A stretch of DNA of 64,000 nucleotides from Callorhinchus milii. Lineage: Eukaryota. How positions within the stretch are numbered: the stretch's first letter is position 1; the number at the start of each line of letters is the position of its first letter. Below, in pieces: positions 37,985 through 51,225 of this stretch. Location: assembly GCF_018977255.1 (NCBI RefSeq), contig NW_024704742.1, positions 99,388,001-99,452,000 of the forward strand, read 5' to 3'. The translations under genes were made by a program, and so were the position numbers. Under the pieces are notes generated by a model that ran no database searches, was not told where the DNA came from, and worked only from the letters and a program-made list of their open reading frames with translations.

Positions 37985-38525
37985 TGACTGTTGCTGGGTT
38001 ACGACTCACTGAGGGCCAGCCACCCTCCAATGTCTCCCAAATGGTCGCTTATGTATAAGACAGCGACTGTCATCAAACTGTTCAACCACAGGGGACATCA
38101 CAGGACTTGCCCTGATGCTGTCTTCTCCTTACTGATGTCCACACACCAACACTTTCCAGCAGAGGTCACTGAATGGCGGTCAAATATGTTCTTCTGTGGT
38201 TAGGCTTCAGTTGCATTAGGGGCAGAGTTGAGGGAAATTTGCTCTGGATTAAGATGTACTGGGTCTTAATAGGGAGCTCATTGGAAGCCCAAAGTAATTA
38301 GGAAAACTGATTTTTTCCTCACCTATTCAGAGGCAGTGAAGACAATTCTAGTATCCTGCCTCAGCTGAGATCGACCACCTCAACAACAACAACAACTTGC
38401 ATTTATATAGCGCCCCACATGCAGGGTAGGGTCCCAGAGTGTGTGGTATAGGATCTGAACTTCAGTCTTCTCTATATGACCTTGTGCTGCACTACAAGGT
38501 ACTTTGCCCATTAGGCTATCACAGG
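37985..38525 (-). mobile_element. AmnSINE2-like fragments with an inserted L2-type tail (about 38382-38440)
   Basis: gatgtccacacaccaacactttccagcagaggtcactg; cagctgagatcgacc..; inserted (caa)n-cttgcatttatatagcgcc. Confidence 0.55.
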
Positions 38526-38679
38526 AAGCCCAAATTTGCTCATTCTTAACATTTTAGAAAACAAGTGGTCTTAAACATCCAAGATGCCCTATTATGAGAT
38601 GAAAGGTGCCGGCATCTGTACATATGAATTATGGAATTTTTTGGTGTTTAAAATGTGATGATAATAAATGGACTTGAAT

Positions 38680-39450
38680 GCATAAACAGGTACGAGAATA
38701 AATGGGCTGCACTATACATCAGGAAAGATAACAGGCTTTTCGCTCTGTCATGTCAAATAACCACACTGATAATATATCTCTCCACTAACAAACAGCAATT
38801 TTTATTAATCATACATTTTTGTCAGCTGTATTCAGCCCCGCGCAACATTAATGAAGCATAATTTCCAAAAAGCAATTTGCTGGCCATGCAATAATACAAT
38901 TTTCAGGGAAGCATTGTTTTTTTATGCCGTTTAATGGAACAGTATTTTACGCCAAAAGTGTTTTTTTATAGCCAAAGCCTTCTACCACTATCTAACAAGT
39001 ATTTAATTAAAAACCTTATATTTGTCGATTATGTGTAATCTGCATCACCAGGTAAAGCTCTCTTTGAAGTTATTAATGGTATTATTGTAATAATTAACTA
39101 AAACTTGTGGCTTTGCCTTATTATATTTTGGGGCTATTGAGCTGTCAAGCAATTAGCTGGACCCGAGGAGTCCCACATAATTGAGCTGCCCACATGATTG
39201 TCCCTACTTTAAATGTATCTTTTAATCAGACATCTGTTCCCTGTTATAGATTTGAAAAGAGTTTTGCGTGCAAACAATTAAGTGCCACTTTGAGAGCCTG
39301 GGACATGCTTCAGCTCAGTTCCTTGACAACAAATGGTGTCATTTGTTCAGCCTTTGCACGTGAATGGCAGGTGTCAGTACGTCGTGGCCCTTCATTCACC
39401 CGTTCCCTTGTTTGCTGCAGCTGGCTTCTTACTTGTGAGGGCTACTATAA
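38680..39450. promoter_or_regulatory. Candidate conserved non-coding element/enhancer
   Basis: About 750 bp without recognisable repeats, dense in TAAT/ATTA, TTTATT and TGTCA (Meis/Pbx-type) motifs. Conservation not tested. Confidence 0.4.
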
Positions 39451-40094
39451 TTCTGTTTGACAACCGGATTATGGCCCATTACATCAAATAGAAGGGTGGT
39501 GTAAGCCTACTTGTGGCTTCAGGAATAGGTTGTGGTTCCCTGACCTTCGCGTTCTATGCCACAAATTGCTGGGTGCACTTCAGGCAAATTAAATGTTCAG
39601 ACCGAGGCCAAGCTTACTGCAAGTTGCAGGACATTTTAATAAATTACACCAGCCCCATGGGTACCTTACAGTAACCTTTAGTGTTTCTGAGAACTGCTCT
39701 AACGCTTTGCCTACAAAATACACAATCAATCCACTTTACAGTATATCCTGTGAAGCACTTTGAGACGTCTCAACGCAGTGTAAGGTACTATATCAAATGC
39801 AAGGATTATTATGATGGAGACTGCCATTTACTGATACAGTGCAGCCCTGTTATAGACAGTACCTGGGTATGCTGAGGGTTTAGATATAATGTGATGACAT
39901 GGTGGACAGATAGCGATACCGACATTCCTGCGACTCTGGAAATATTTGCGAAGAGGAGTCACTCTGATTGGCCAGCTTCTAATGACACACAGAAAAGTTA
40001 GCAACTCCAGAATAGGGTGCGAGCGTCTGGGCTAATACATCTCCATTATAACACAGTCTCATTTTATGATTTGATATTCCACTCCATGTGATAC

Positions 40095-40490
40095 AGTGGC
40101 TAATTACGGCAGAAGGTCTCAAAGCACTTCACAGGTAATCACTGTCAAATGTAGTCACTGTGAACTTGTAACTAATAGCATTTTGAACCATTTTGTGCTC
40201 AGAAGGGGTCCCACAAACAGCCATGAAGCAAAGTGACAAATTTTATCTGGAGGATTGGTGGCCAGGACTCCTGGAGAAATTTGCTTCTCTTCTCAAATAA
40301 TGTCAAAGATTCCTTAATGTTCCTATGAACAAGCAGTCAGGACCTTGGTTTAATGGCTCAGCCAATGTGACCTTTTAAAATGCAGTGCACTGCAGTGGAA
40401 TATCAGCTTAGACTACAAGCTCAGAGTGCCAGCGGGGGGCTTGAACTCATAACCTGCTGAGAGAGTGCGACCAACTGAACCAAGTTAATT
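40095..40490 (-). mobile_element. Deu-domain-like SINE
   Basis: Minus strand: ttggttcagttggtcgcactctc..gagttcaagccc head, ttaaaccaaggtcctgactgc domain, then tail. Confidence 0.75.
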
Positions 40491-40610
40491 AGTTGTTCCC
40501 ATTGAAAATATGATAATAGGATACATATTTCATGTTCGAAGAAACCAATGTGGCCAAAATTTCCATTTAATTGAAGGAATCACTGAAATGTTTAGTCATG
40601 GTATTTTCCC

Positions 40611-41098
40611 ACAACAACAACAACAACAAGATTCCATTTATAAAGCACCTTTCACGTCAGGAGGACGTCCCAAGGCGCTGCACAGTTGGGTCATGACCCG
40701 AGCAGGGGGGAAATGGTCAGGGTGAGGGAAGGGAGGGAGCGAGGAGGGGGAAGAGAGTCGAGAGGGGAGCTGAAGGCTCGGTCAAAGAGAAAGGTTTTGA
40801 GACCGGCCTTGAAGGAGGAAAGGGAGGAGGCGGCGAAGGCACTGGGGATAGAGTTCCAGAGCCTGGGGGCTGAGAGGCTGAAGGCCCGACCACCGATGGT
40901 AGGGCGATTGGGGCGGGGGACGTGGAGCAGACCGGAGCCAGAGGAACGGAGGGTACGGGCAGGTAGGTAGGGGGATAGTAGGTTGGAGAGGTAGGAGGGA
41001 CCAAGGCCGTGAATGGCCTTGTAGGTGAGGATGAGGATCTTGAAATCAATCCTCTGGGGGATGGGGAGCCAGTGGAGGCGAGCGAGGGTGGGAGTGAC
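40611..41098 (-). mobile_element. Young L2 3' fragment
   Basis: Minus strand ctccactggctccccatcccccagaggattgatttcaagatcctc (LHWLPI..RIDFKIL), plus (caa)n tail. Confidence 0.93.
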
Positions 41099-41204
41099 AG
41101 AATGATTTTAGCCTGTAATAATTCCACATTGTCTTAACCTTTAAGATTGTGCAAAATTCTTAAATGTAGTCTTTTTTTAAATTTAGTGAGTCAGTTTTTT
41201 TCCC

Positions 41205-41570
41205 AATTTTCTCCCCATTGACATATGCCTCTCTGCTCCCTCCTCTTGTAAGGGTGCAGTTTCACGAGCTCTGGTTGCCCTCGGGTTCCCCACTCAAGTG
41301 ATCATTATTGATGCGTGAGCATTGGCAGTGTGTGTCAGCAAGTCATTCAGCTGGAGAGGTGCCAGCCAAGACTGACCTTTCCCCACCTGACCAGCAGCAG
41401 CACAGGATCCTGAAGAGGGACCAGGAGCAGGACACCTGGCTGATTTTTTTTACCTCTGGAAGGACCAATTTAGCCATTTCCTGTAATGCTGACTGACCAA
41501 CAAACTAGCACTGACCAGGATTAGAACCAGCAAGCTCCTGGCCCATAAACTGCAGCTCTATCCTCTACAC
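41205..41570 (-). mobile_element. AmnSINE2-like SINE
   Basis: ccaggagcaggacacctggctgattttt, cactcaagtgatcatt and aattttctcccc terminus match the other copies. Confidence 0.55.
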
Positions 41571-43498
41571 CATCTGGCCTCTCTTTAAATTCAGTCTTAA
41601 TTTGATGACTGTTATTCCAGCGTCCTTAGTTACTACAAGCTAAGGCAAGGTAAAAAAATTTAAACTTCGAGACTGCAAATGATATAAGCACAGTGCTGCC
41701 AACAGTTGGAAACAACAGGACAAAACATAACTTTTTTTTAAAACTAAGATAAATAAGGAAAAGAAGTTAACACAGACAACTGCGTAGATATTCCACATGG
41801 ATTATTTCAGAACATCCAGAATTTATCAAATTGTTAATTCAGTCTTTAATTTCGAAGGTGGTTTATTATAGCTACTTTTAAGAAACTGCAGAAAATCAAT
41901 TTCAAAGTTGAAACGGAATTCAACAATTTGCCGAATCCAGCATAAACTGAAGTGTTATGTTACCAAATTAAATCTAGACCCAGGTGGAATTTCACTCCAT
42001 GCATCAGCAGAGTTAGCTGTTCAGAGCCAGATGTTAAAGCACTCTGGTATATTTTTACTGCACCTCTGTCAGTCATTTAACATAAAATATTCAACCAAAT
42101 CACTGCTGGAGGTAAATTATTGAGGTTGAAAAGGCGGTGTTCACAATCCTGGAGCCACTGAGTGAAAATGTGACTGAAATGGCGGAGTTTGCTACCACAT
42201 TTGCACTGTGATCCTGAACACCAATGGTAGCCGTTCTGCAGCTGATGCTCTGCTCCCTGACCTCTCATTGGACTTTCAGGCCTTTACTTCAAGCCAAACC
42301 CCATCTTGTCAGATTGGACACAAGCCCAGTGGCAAACATCTCATTTGTAATCCACCACATATACACACCCCAAGCAGTCAGCAAGTGTCTCAGCCCAGTC
42401 ACAGGCCCAACTCGACTGACATGTGTGAGACCTTTAACACACTACCCCCCACCCAAACCATAGCGTTGCTTGGAAAGCTGTTTCTCTCTTTCACTAAACT
42501 ATTCAAAGTGTCGTATTACACTGCTAACACCACCGGCATAGTGATGTGATGGTGTTACTAATAATATGTATCTTGGATCCCTAGTTAATCTGCTCACTGC
42601 GCTGGTCAGAGGTCGCGACGCGAGTCTCCTTGTAATTCTGGGATGTCACCCTTCAGAGATCCTTTGCGTCATCTGTTGAATTCCATTTTAATTTTGAAAT
42701 TGATTTTCTGCAGTTTCTTAAATGTAGTCATATTAAACCGAAATTTAAAATTAAAGACTGTATGTAAGAATTAGACAAATTATGCTTGTTCTGAAACGAT
42801 CGAGCTTGTTAACTTTTTTTTCCCTCATTTACCTTAGTTCTAAAAAAAAGTTATGTTTTTTACTTGTTTTTTCTGCAGGTGTTTAAAGGGCAGGATTGAG
42901 TTCCTCTTTTTTTGTGTGGTTGCTAACCCAGAATATAATCCTTCAATTTACAGGTCATCCCTAAGATCAGCAGCCAGCCTTTTCCAAATTTTGCAAGTGG
43001 AGCGAATGCAGATAATTTTAGAATAAATTTATGTTACAGTGTAATAGAATTCTTCAAACGGCATTACTGAATTTGTTTGTATGTTTACGCATATTTTAAA
43101 GTAATAAACAGAATTGCTGCTCAATTTCAAACTCTGTGAAAAGATCAATCGTTTTGTTTGATATTTGTTCTGTTTCCCTAAGTAAATTAATGAGATTCAC
43201 TAGACTTTTATGTAAATCAAGTCTGTAAAATTCAAAAAAGTGTTTTGTTTATCCATGAAATCCTGGGCATTTTTTTTAGCAAAATGGCTGTGACATCTGC
43301 TGCAATTCATTTGAGGTCTTGCTTATCCTTCCACACCTGTGTCTAACATAGTTGCTGTTTTTTTACAGGACTTACAAGAGATCTGTTTACACAGTAAGTA
43401 GATTCACAATTATTCAAGTCACAATTTTTGCAATTAACAGTTTGCTTACAAAATACACAGTCATTACACGTTATGGATACCCTGTGATTTTTGAGACA

Positions 43499-43713
43499 AC
43501 AAAAACAAAATGCATTTATATAGCGCCGTACATGACAGGAGGTCATCCCAAGGTGCTGGACAGTGAAGGGTTTGCACTTGAGCTGGAAGTTGGAATCAGG
43601 AGGGGTAGGAGTGGGAAGATGAACGAAGGCATGGTCGAAGAGGAAGGTCTTGAGACGGGATTTGAAGGAGCAAGGAATGGGGTGAGGTGGAGGGGTTTTG
43701 GGATGAAGACCCA
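43499..43713 (-). mobile_element. L2 3' fragment nested in a SINE tail, 6-bp TSD
   Basis: gagaca at 43493-43498 and 43714-43719. The flanks join into a SINE tail (tttgagacatc...ctatatcaaatgcaagg). Confidence 0.85.
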
Positions 43714-43819
43714 GAGACATCTTGATAACAATGATAAAACACTATATCAAATGCAAGGACTGTTTTTTATTTCAGTACAATGGAGCCTTAATATATTGTC
43801 ATTATGGGACATTGCTCAC

Positions 43820-45597
43820 CTCCAATGTCAACTGTGAGGCAATGCTGGACTTCCTTGAATCCAAAGTCGAGGGGATCCGCTCAGCTGCCTCTGCCTATCC
43901 GCCTATTACCCCCTCCTCATCTCCTCCCCTCACCCCGGCCCCTACCCATTCCTCTCTCCACACCTTCGAACCTGTCTCACCACCACTATAACCGCATGAA
44001 ATCGACCACCTGCTCCCTCAACCTCATCCCTAACCCTCTCCTTACTTCCCAGCTCCACTTTCTTGCCACTCTACTCACAGACATCATTAAACTCTCCCTG
44101 TCCTCTGGTACTGTTCCCACTACTTTAAAAACCGCCGTCATCACTGTTATCCTTAACAAAACCTCTCCCTGGTCCCATCACTGCTCTCAAATTACCGCCC
44201 CATCTCCAACCTCCCTTTCCTCTCCAAGATCCTGGAACTAGTTGTTGCTTCCCAGCTTCGCTCCTTCCTCTCCCGCCACTGCCTTCACAAACCTTTCCAA
44301 TCAGATTTCCATGCTGCCCACAGCACAGGAATAGCTTTAGTCAAAGTGACATTCTGTCCATCTGTGACCAAGGCTTCCTCTGCCTCCTCATCTTCCTTGA
44401 ACTTTCTGCAGCCTTCAACACGGTTGACCAGTCTATCCTCATCCACCACCTCTCCTCTCACCTCAACCTTCATGACTCTGTCCTTGAATGGTTCAGACCA
44501 CCTCCACTTCATCTCCACAAACAGTTTCTCCTCTAGTTCTGCATCATCTCATGCGATGTTCCTCAGTGCTCTGTCCTTGGTCCCCTCCTCTTCATCCTCT
44601 ACATGCGCCCCTTGGTGACAGCATCTGCAGACATGAGGTAAATTTCCACTTGTATGTGAATGACACTCAACTCTATTTCACTGCCTCCACCCTCGACTCC
44701 AGGACCATTGCTGTCCTGACAGAATGTCTGTCAGACATCAAGTCCTGGATGAGAGCTAACTTTCTTCAGTTGAACATCAACAAGACCGAGGCCCTCTTGA
44801 TTGGCTCCTATCAGCACCTCCACACATCAGGCGCTGACACCTCATTATTAAGCCAGTCCGGAAGCTTGGCATTCTGTTTGACCCTCAACTATCCTTCCTA
44901 CCCCACATCCAGGCCATGACCCGCTCTGCCTTCTCCCACCTCCGCAACATCGCCCGGCTCCACCACTGTCTAACATCGCAAACTGCCAAAATCCTCGTAT
45001 ACGCATTCATAACATCTAGGCTTGACTATGCAAACTCCCTCCTTGTTGGCCTCCCCAACTCTTCCCTCCATAGGCTGCAGATCATCCAGAACTCTGCAGC
45101 CTGTGTTATCACCCTCACCAGGCTCTGTGACTCTATCAACCCCATCCTCGCCCGACTTCACTGGCTTCCCATCACACAGGGGATACAGTTCAAGATCCTG
45201 GTCCTCACCTTCAAAGCCCTCCGCGGCCTTGCTCTCCCGTACTTCTGCAACCTCCTAAACTCCTATCATCTTGCCCGCTCCCTCCACTCAGTGGGCTCTG
45301 GCCTGCTTCACGTCCCCCGCCTCACCCGCTCCACCATTGGTCGGTGGACCTTCTGCCACTCTGCCGCCACCCTCTGGAACTTTATCCAGCAGTCCCTCCA
45401 CCTTGCCCCCTTCCTTGTCCTCTTCAAGACCCAACACAAGGCTCTACTCTTCAACCTTTCGATCAACTTGCTTCTGCCTCTGCCCCCCACTCCCCAATCC
45501 TTACCCCCAGCTCGGGTCCGAAACACTGACTGTCCAGTGCCTTGGGATGTCCTCCTGACATGAAAGACGCTATACAAATGTAATTTTGTTGTTGTTG
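43820..45597 (+). mobile_element. Longest L2 copy (~1.8 kb), frameshifted ORF2
   Basis: [48 protein letters not shown] and LHWLPITQGIQFKIL; 3' stem-loop and (gtt)n tail. Confidence 0.96.
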
Positions 45598-47121
45598 CAG
45601 TGTGCAAAATGGCTGCCATGTTTGCCTTCAAAAGGCAGTTGCGAAACTTAAAAGTAAAATCCTGTGAAACTCTATGAGGCATCTGGAGGATGTGTTAATA
45701 GTAATATTAATACCCCTTGCATTTGATATAAATCCTTTTCATGTCGTCCAGATGTCTCAATGAACTCCACAGGATATATTGTAAAGTGTGGTGACTATGT
45801 ATTTTGTAAGGAGCTATAACAAAATGCAAGGGTTATTATTTTATTATTTTTTATTATTTGATGTTTGGGATCCATAAAATCCTAATGAGGCCTGATAGCT
45901 GTTTTCAATGTGCATGTTTTGCTCACAAAATACACAATAAATCCACTTTACAATTCTGTGAAGTGCTTTGTGACGTCTCAACGACGTGATAAGGCAATAT
46001 AGCAAATGCAAGGATTATTATTACTATTATATACCTGGCCTGGCTGCTGGATCAAGCACTAAAATGGTGAACTTCACTGCCAACCTCACTTCCTTTTTGC
46101 TGCAAAGTGGACATTGACATCTGCGGCGATTTGGCAAAGTTGTTCTGGATTATTAAAATTCGTAAATTATTTTATTGATCCATAAAGAATCTACATGTTC
46201 ACATTTCAAATACAAGCTCAGGAGGTGAGGCGACTGTTTAAAGTGAACTAAACAGTAGTAGCCCACACATTTTCTGTGGAAAGTTTTCATAGTGTGCCCC
46301 CGGGGATGTGTTAACCAACCATTTAATGGATTTGGCCTGATCTGTGACAGGCTTTGTTCCATTGATGGCATTCGGTGGATAGAGCTGCAAGTTATCAATA
46401 ACGTGCAGTAATTGCTGCGAGTGACTGAACCCGATTTTGTGGGTTTTGCACCATTCAGTCGTTTCATTATCAGCCAAGCCAGAAGGTGTCTCGCAGTAAA
46501 AGGTCATTGCTCTGTTACTTCATTTCTCTCTGCTGTCTCAAAGCGCTTCATTGTAAGTAAGCTGCAAATACATAAAAAAGGATATAAATTTCAAAGACTA
46601 CACAGCTGGATTCTTGTGGCAAAACGTATTACAATTTAATTGTAAAGCAAAGTGGATACAGAGCCTTAGCCAGGCTTACACGGAACAAGAGACTCAAAGT
46701 GGATTGATGTGATACAGGTATGGGAGAGGCAATCATTTATCAGCAACAGTGACGCAAGAGTGTTATTGAGCCCTTCATCTTGTCAATCACTGCCCATTGT
46801 TGTCTTTGTGACACCAGAAGAAATGTTCCATAAGGGAACAAAAGGGAACAAAAGAAAAGATTTTCATTTGATCTATATTTATTTATGCTGTTAGTCGTTG
46901 TCACATTAATAAGTCACACCGTCATTGCTTATGACGTAATATGCGAAGCGCTTCTTTGAAGTAAAAAGGTAATGTGTAAGATAAGGTCTCTCAATGACTT
47001 GCACTCTGGAATTATTTGGAATGGTGCAGAGATGGGTAGCTAGAAGCTTAAGGAAAGTTATAATGTTATGTCTGCCACAATGGAAAGATTCATTAGAATG
47101 ACTTCAGGGATGAAGCGTTAT

Positions 47122-47595
47122 ACAAGATCACAAGATTGGTTCAGATAAAGAAGATATTTAAGATTGGGTCACCCACAAAATATACAGTCAATTCACTTTA
47201 CAGTATATTCTGTGAAGCGCTTTGAGACTTCTTGAAGACGTGATAAGGCGCTATATCAAATACAAGGATTATTATTACTATTATTATTACTATAGATAAA
47301 GAAGACACTTTGATTTCATCTTTCCAGAACACCTACCTACCGGGCCACCCATCACAGAATCAAATGTTTTTTTTATTGAGTCCAGTGTTCTAGACTCAAA
47401 CATTTTCCTAGCAACCTGTTCTAGCCATTGCTTACTCTTTGGGTAATTGTAAACCTACGTCCTCCTGTTTTACTGTGTTGGTGCATCTTAAAGTACTTTA
47501 CTGGATTTACTTTTTCAATCCCATTTAAAATTTGTATGCCTCTATAAGGTCCCATCTGAGGCATCTTCTCTCAAGATTGAAGACATCTTCTCTAA
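47122..47595 (-). mobile_element. CR1 3' end interrupted by a SINE tail (47155-47293, +)
   Basis: acaagatcacaaga (reverse CR1 terminal repeat). SINE tail flanked by agataaagaaga at 47143-47154 and 47294-47305. Confidence 0.85.
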
Positions 47596-49359
47596 AGTTA
47601 CAGTTGGTATGGATAAATGTAAAAAGTCAGGACTGTTTTCATTGATCAGAGATGGTTAAGGAGCAGGGGGCAGAGCAGATAGCATGAATGTAGGAAGCCA
47701 GCTCTAGCACAAGCTCAATGGGCTGAATGGTTACCTTCTGATCTGGGAAGTTTCTATGGTTTTTGTGTGGGCCTAAAGCCACAGGCTTACAAGGCAGACT
47801 TTGTCTAGTGTGAGCATCCTCTGGAGCATCTGTTTGATGATAGTTGTGGAATGAATCCATAATGTAAAGGAGTCATTTGTACCCAAGTCTCACTGTATTT
47901 CTGTTACTCCCTTGCTTTCAAACATATTTCAAATGTTCAATGATTTCAGTTGTCAGCAGGTTAAATATAAACTTCTGGTACAAGATTTAGCTTCAGGATC
48001 TTTTGTGAAGTGTAGCTCGCGATGTAACAACAATAATAACTTGCATTTATATAGCGTCCTTCACATGGGGTAGGGTCTCGGAGTGCTTGATGTCGACAGA
48101 GAGCAGTAGTATATCTCAACCTGATTAAAGGCCATTCGCAAACAAACACCATTGAACATTTGATCAGATTCACCAAAATTTGTGTGGCAAGGGGAATCCA
48201 AATAAGCTTAGAATTTACACAAGAAAATAAACCGTTCTTAAAAACAAAATCACAAAGTATTTTTGTTCCACGGCAGTGGCACATTTGTAAATTGCCTCCA
48301 ATTTCTTGCAATGTTAACACGTGGGTCTGGAATTTGGCTAGTTACAGCCTATTTCCAATGATTAATACTTACAAATGTGCTATAATATGCTCCTAGAACA
48401 TCCTATAAAAAGCATGAAGGATTTCTTAACTAGAAATAATTTCCCAATTATTATTATTATGGCATGATTTCCCAGCTGTAGCACTTTCACAAATAACCAC
48501 TCACTGATGGAGGCTGTGGTGAATACATGTCCGTCAGCATGAATAATGCTGTTATGAATTCACTGTTAGGTTTCCAGACCTATTTTTCTAAATGGAAAAT
48601 GCACTCCCAGTGTGTTGTGAATGACACTGCTAACTCCTACTGAATGCAATTGGTGTGTTGGCAGTAAGTCAAGCTGACACATTGCCTGATTCTTTATCTG
48701 CCATCTTTATTCTGCTTATTTTCCTTGCCTTGTTAACGCTGCAGTGCTGTAGCCTGGCTTGCTGTTCAGGCTGGTTTGCTCTCTGTAGCCTGTGTGTTAA
48801 TGAAACGCTCTCTGCATCACAATAAGCAGCAGCCTGTGAACTGCTGAACACTATTCAGTTTAATCGGATATCAAAGGACTCGAGTACAGTCTGAATTATT
48901 TTTCTAACTCAAAAACAGAGCCTGAAATTTCTCAAGGTTTTAGCACCATTTTCTTAACATTAAGATTGTGCAGATTGTTGGCAAATGTAAATACAGCCTT
49001 CTTTTTAAAACAATTTTTTCCTTTTTTGTTCTAAAAGACTAAAAGGTAAACTAGCTTCCAATACAGATTATCTTTAACGATTTTTCAAAAATAATTGTCA
49101 ATCTTATATTCTGAGTTAATGATTTGAAGGCTAAAACCATAAGTTATGATGAGCCTTTAATGTCTCTTAAAAACATATTACCTTATGTTGAGATTTAATA
49201 CATGCTATTTATGACTGGAAGTTGCAAATTGCGAGTCCAAGCTAACCTAATCCCAGGAATGCTGCACAATACATTCCATTTTCAGATGTCTTGGAGTGCA
49301 TATCCCTTCATTCATTGTGATGGGTATCTGAATGAAGCCCCTATTTGTGACTTTCATTC

Positions 49360-49812
49360 AGAAACATAGAAATGTAGAAACAGGAGTAGGCTATTCAGCC
49401 CCTGGAGCCTGTCCCGCCATTTTATTAGATCATGGCTGATCTGTACCTCAAGTCCAATTACCCACTCTTGTCCCATATCCCTTAATAGCCTGACCAAACA
49501 AATATCTATCCACCTCAGTCCTGGAAATGTGAATGGATCCAGCATCCACAGCTTTTTGGGGGAGTTCCAGATTTCCACTCCCCTTTGGATGAAAAACTGC
49601 TTCCTAATTTCACTCCTAAATGGCCTAGTTCTAATTTTAAGATTATCCCCCTTTGCTATGGATTCCCCCACCAGAGGAAATAATATCTCTGTAGCTATCT
49701 TATGAAATCATTTTATTATTTTAATAACCTCAATCAGATCAGTCCTCAAACTTCTAAACTCAAGGGAATAGAGACCAAGTTTATGCAACCTGTCCTCATA
49801 ACTTAACCGTTT
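49360..49812 (-). mobile_element. CR1 LINE 3' end (same subfamily as 26585-27625)
   Basis: Minus ORF GDNLKIRTRPFRSEIRKQFFIQRGVEIWNS; gaaacatagaa terminus. Confidence 0.93.
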
Positions 49813-51034
49813 AAGCCCATATATTGAGTTTTCATAGCCTTGATGTTTTGATGGATAGAGATGCATCTGGTACAGCTATGCACCAACCCTAACATAGACT
49901 CCTGACAGGTCATGTGGGTCTCAAAGCCAATTGAGGTTTTCCTTCCATTCACAGAGCAATGAGTGTTCTCTTGCTTGAAGGCTAACACACAACAACAAAT
50001 CTCTCAAATTTGAACCTGGGCTCAAATTCATGAGGTTGTGCTGCTATTCATCTAGCTTTTAAGGTATTCAGGATGTATTCAGTAGCTGAAAGGCATGTGT
50101 TAACCAAGGGAAAGGTATTGTATTCAGGGAGTGAGGGGGGGGGGGCATCTTTTTGTGGTTATTAAACAATTTGTCACTGTACTTTGCAAATTATAATCAC
50201 AAACTAAAGGGAATAACAACAAAATCAAGCAGGTTTGAGATCAGGCTGACTGTTTCTCAGCAGCTCTCTGATTATCCATTCATGCAGTTCTAATCTGCAT
50301 TTTAATGTAGCTTGATCCTTTCTTTCTGGCTGTACAGTTATTCATGACTGCGGGCACATTCATTCTTGTTGTAAAGGTGAAAAAGCATTACTTAAACTCG
50401 GATGTTCTGGATTCAAATAACTTGTTCCGAGGTTGGCAGTGGAGAATCTCACGTTAGTTACAGCGCTCGTACACAAAACAGCTTTGTTATTTAAATGTAG
50501 CTCTGTACCAAGCCCTCTTTTCCATCGCATTCAGAAGGCAGTTGCACGATGCCAACTAATTGGTGCTGCTTTTATTAGTTTGGCTCCCAAGACACAAGCT
50601 CACAACTGGAGGCAACCTGTGATGCAAAGTGACCGGGTTTCCCAGTGTGCAATTTGTGAGAACCCCATTCAGAGTAAAGTCTCCTAACGCCTTCTCATAC
50701 AGGAGATCCCACTTGGTAATGGAGAGGTCAGCGCTGGAGCTATCAAGACCCATTGATGATTTGTGCACGTGTGAACGTCAGATAGGATGTTTTCAAATGC
50801 GCTAAACTGGGAGCAAGTTCAGAAGCAAACCGGTCTGCCATTGACACTTCTCCCAGCCCCCGCCATCATCGCACCAGTTACACGAGGGCGACAGATGTTG
50901 GGATGTGTTCGAAATGTCATTTTGCCACAAGCTTCCACAGGAAGTACGCACAATGGAAAAGAGCAGAGGCTCATAATGTGGCAGAGTCTCCTTATCGAAC
51001 ATCTATGGTAACATTTTATATTCATCAAGAGTTG

Positions 51035-51225
51035 TTGGATAGCAAACAGGAATGAGAATCCTGGCTGATTTTTCCGTTCCTTAGCCTAATACCATTGATG
51101 CCAATTGTAATTCCCAGCTGAGATAAGCTAACTCAACACACACGGGCAAATAATTCTGTGAACTTCTTGGTCCGTATGGCTCATTACCACACTACAAAAT
51201 GGATATACCAACCGAACCATAGTGA
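51035..51225 (-). mobile_element. AmnSINE2-like SINE 5' half
   Basis: Minus strand: atggttcggttggta...gtgtggtaatgagccatacggaccaagaag...tgagttagcttatctcagc...acaattggc...aaaaatcagccagg. Confidence 0.65.

Noticed and set aside
42860..42900. Strong-looking splice acceptor ttgttttttctgcag
   Set aside because: It lies at the edge of the AT-rich inverted repeat, with no sensible exon or donor downstream.
44488..45563. Longest ORFs (143 and 215 aa) as a functional gene
   Set aside because: Frameshifted pieces of L2 ORF2 with the catalytic YADD mutated to YVND.
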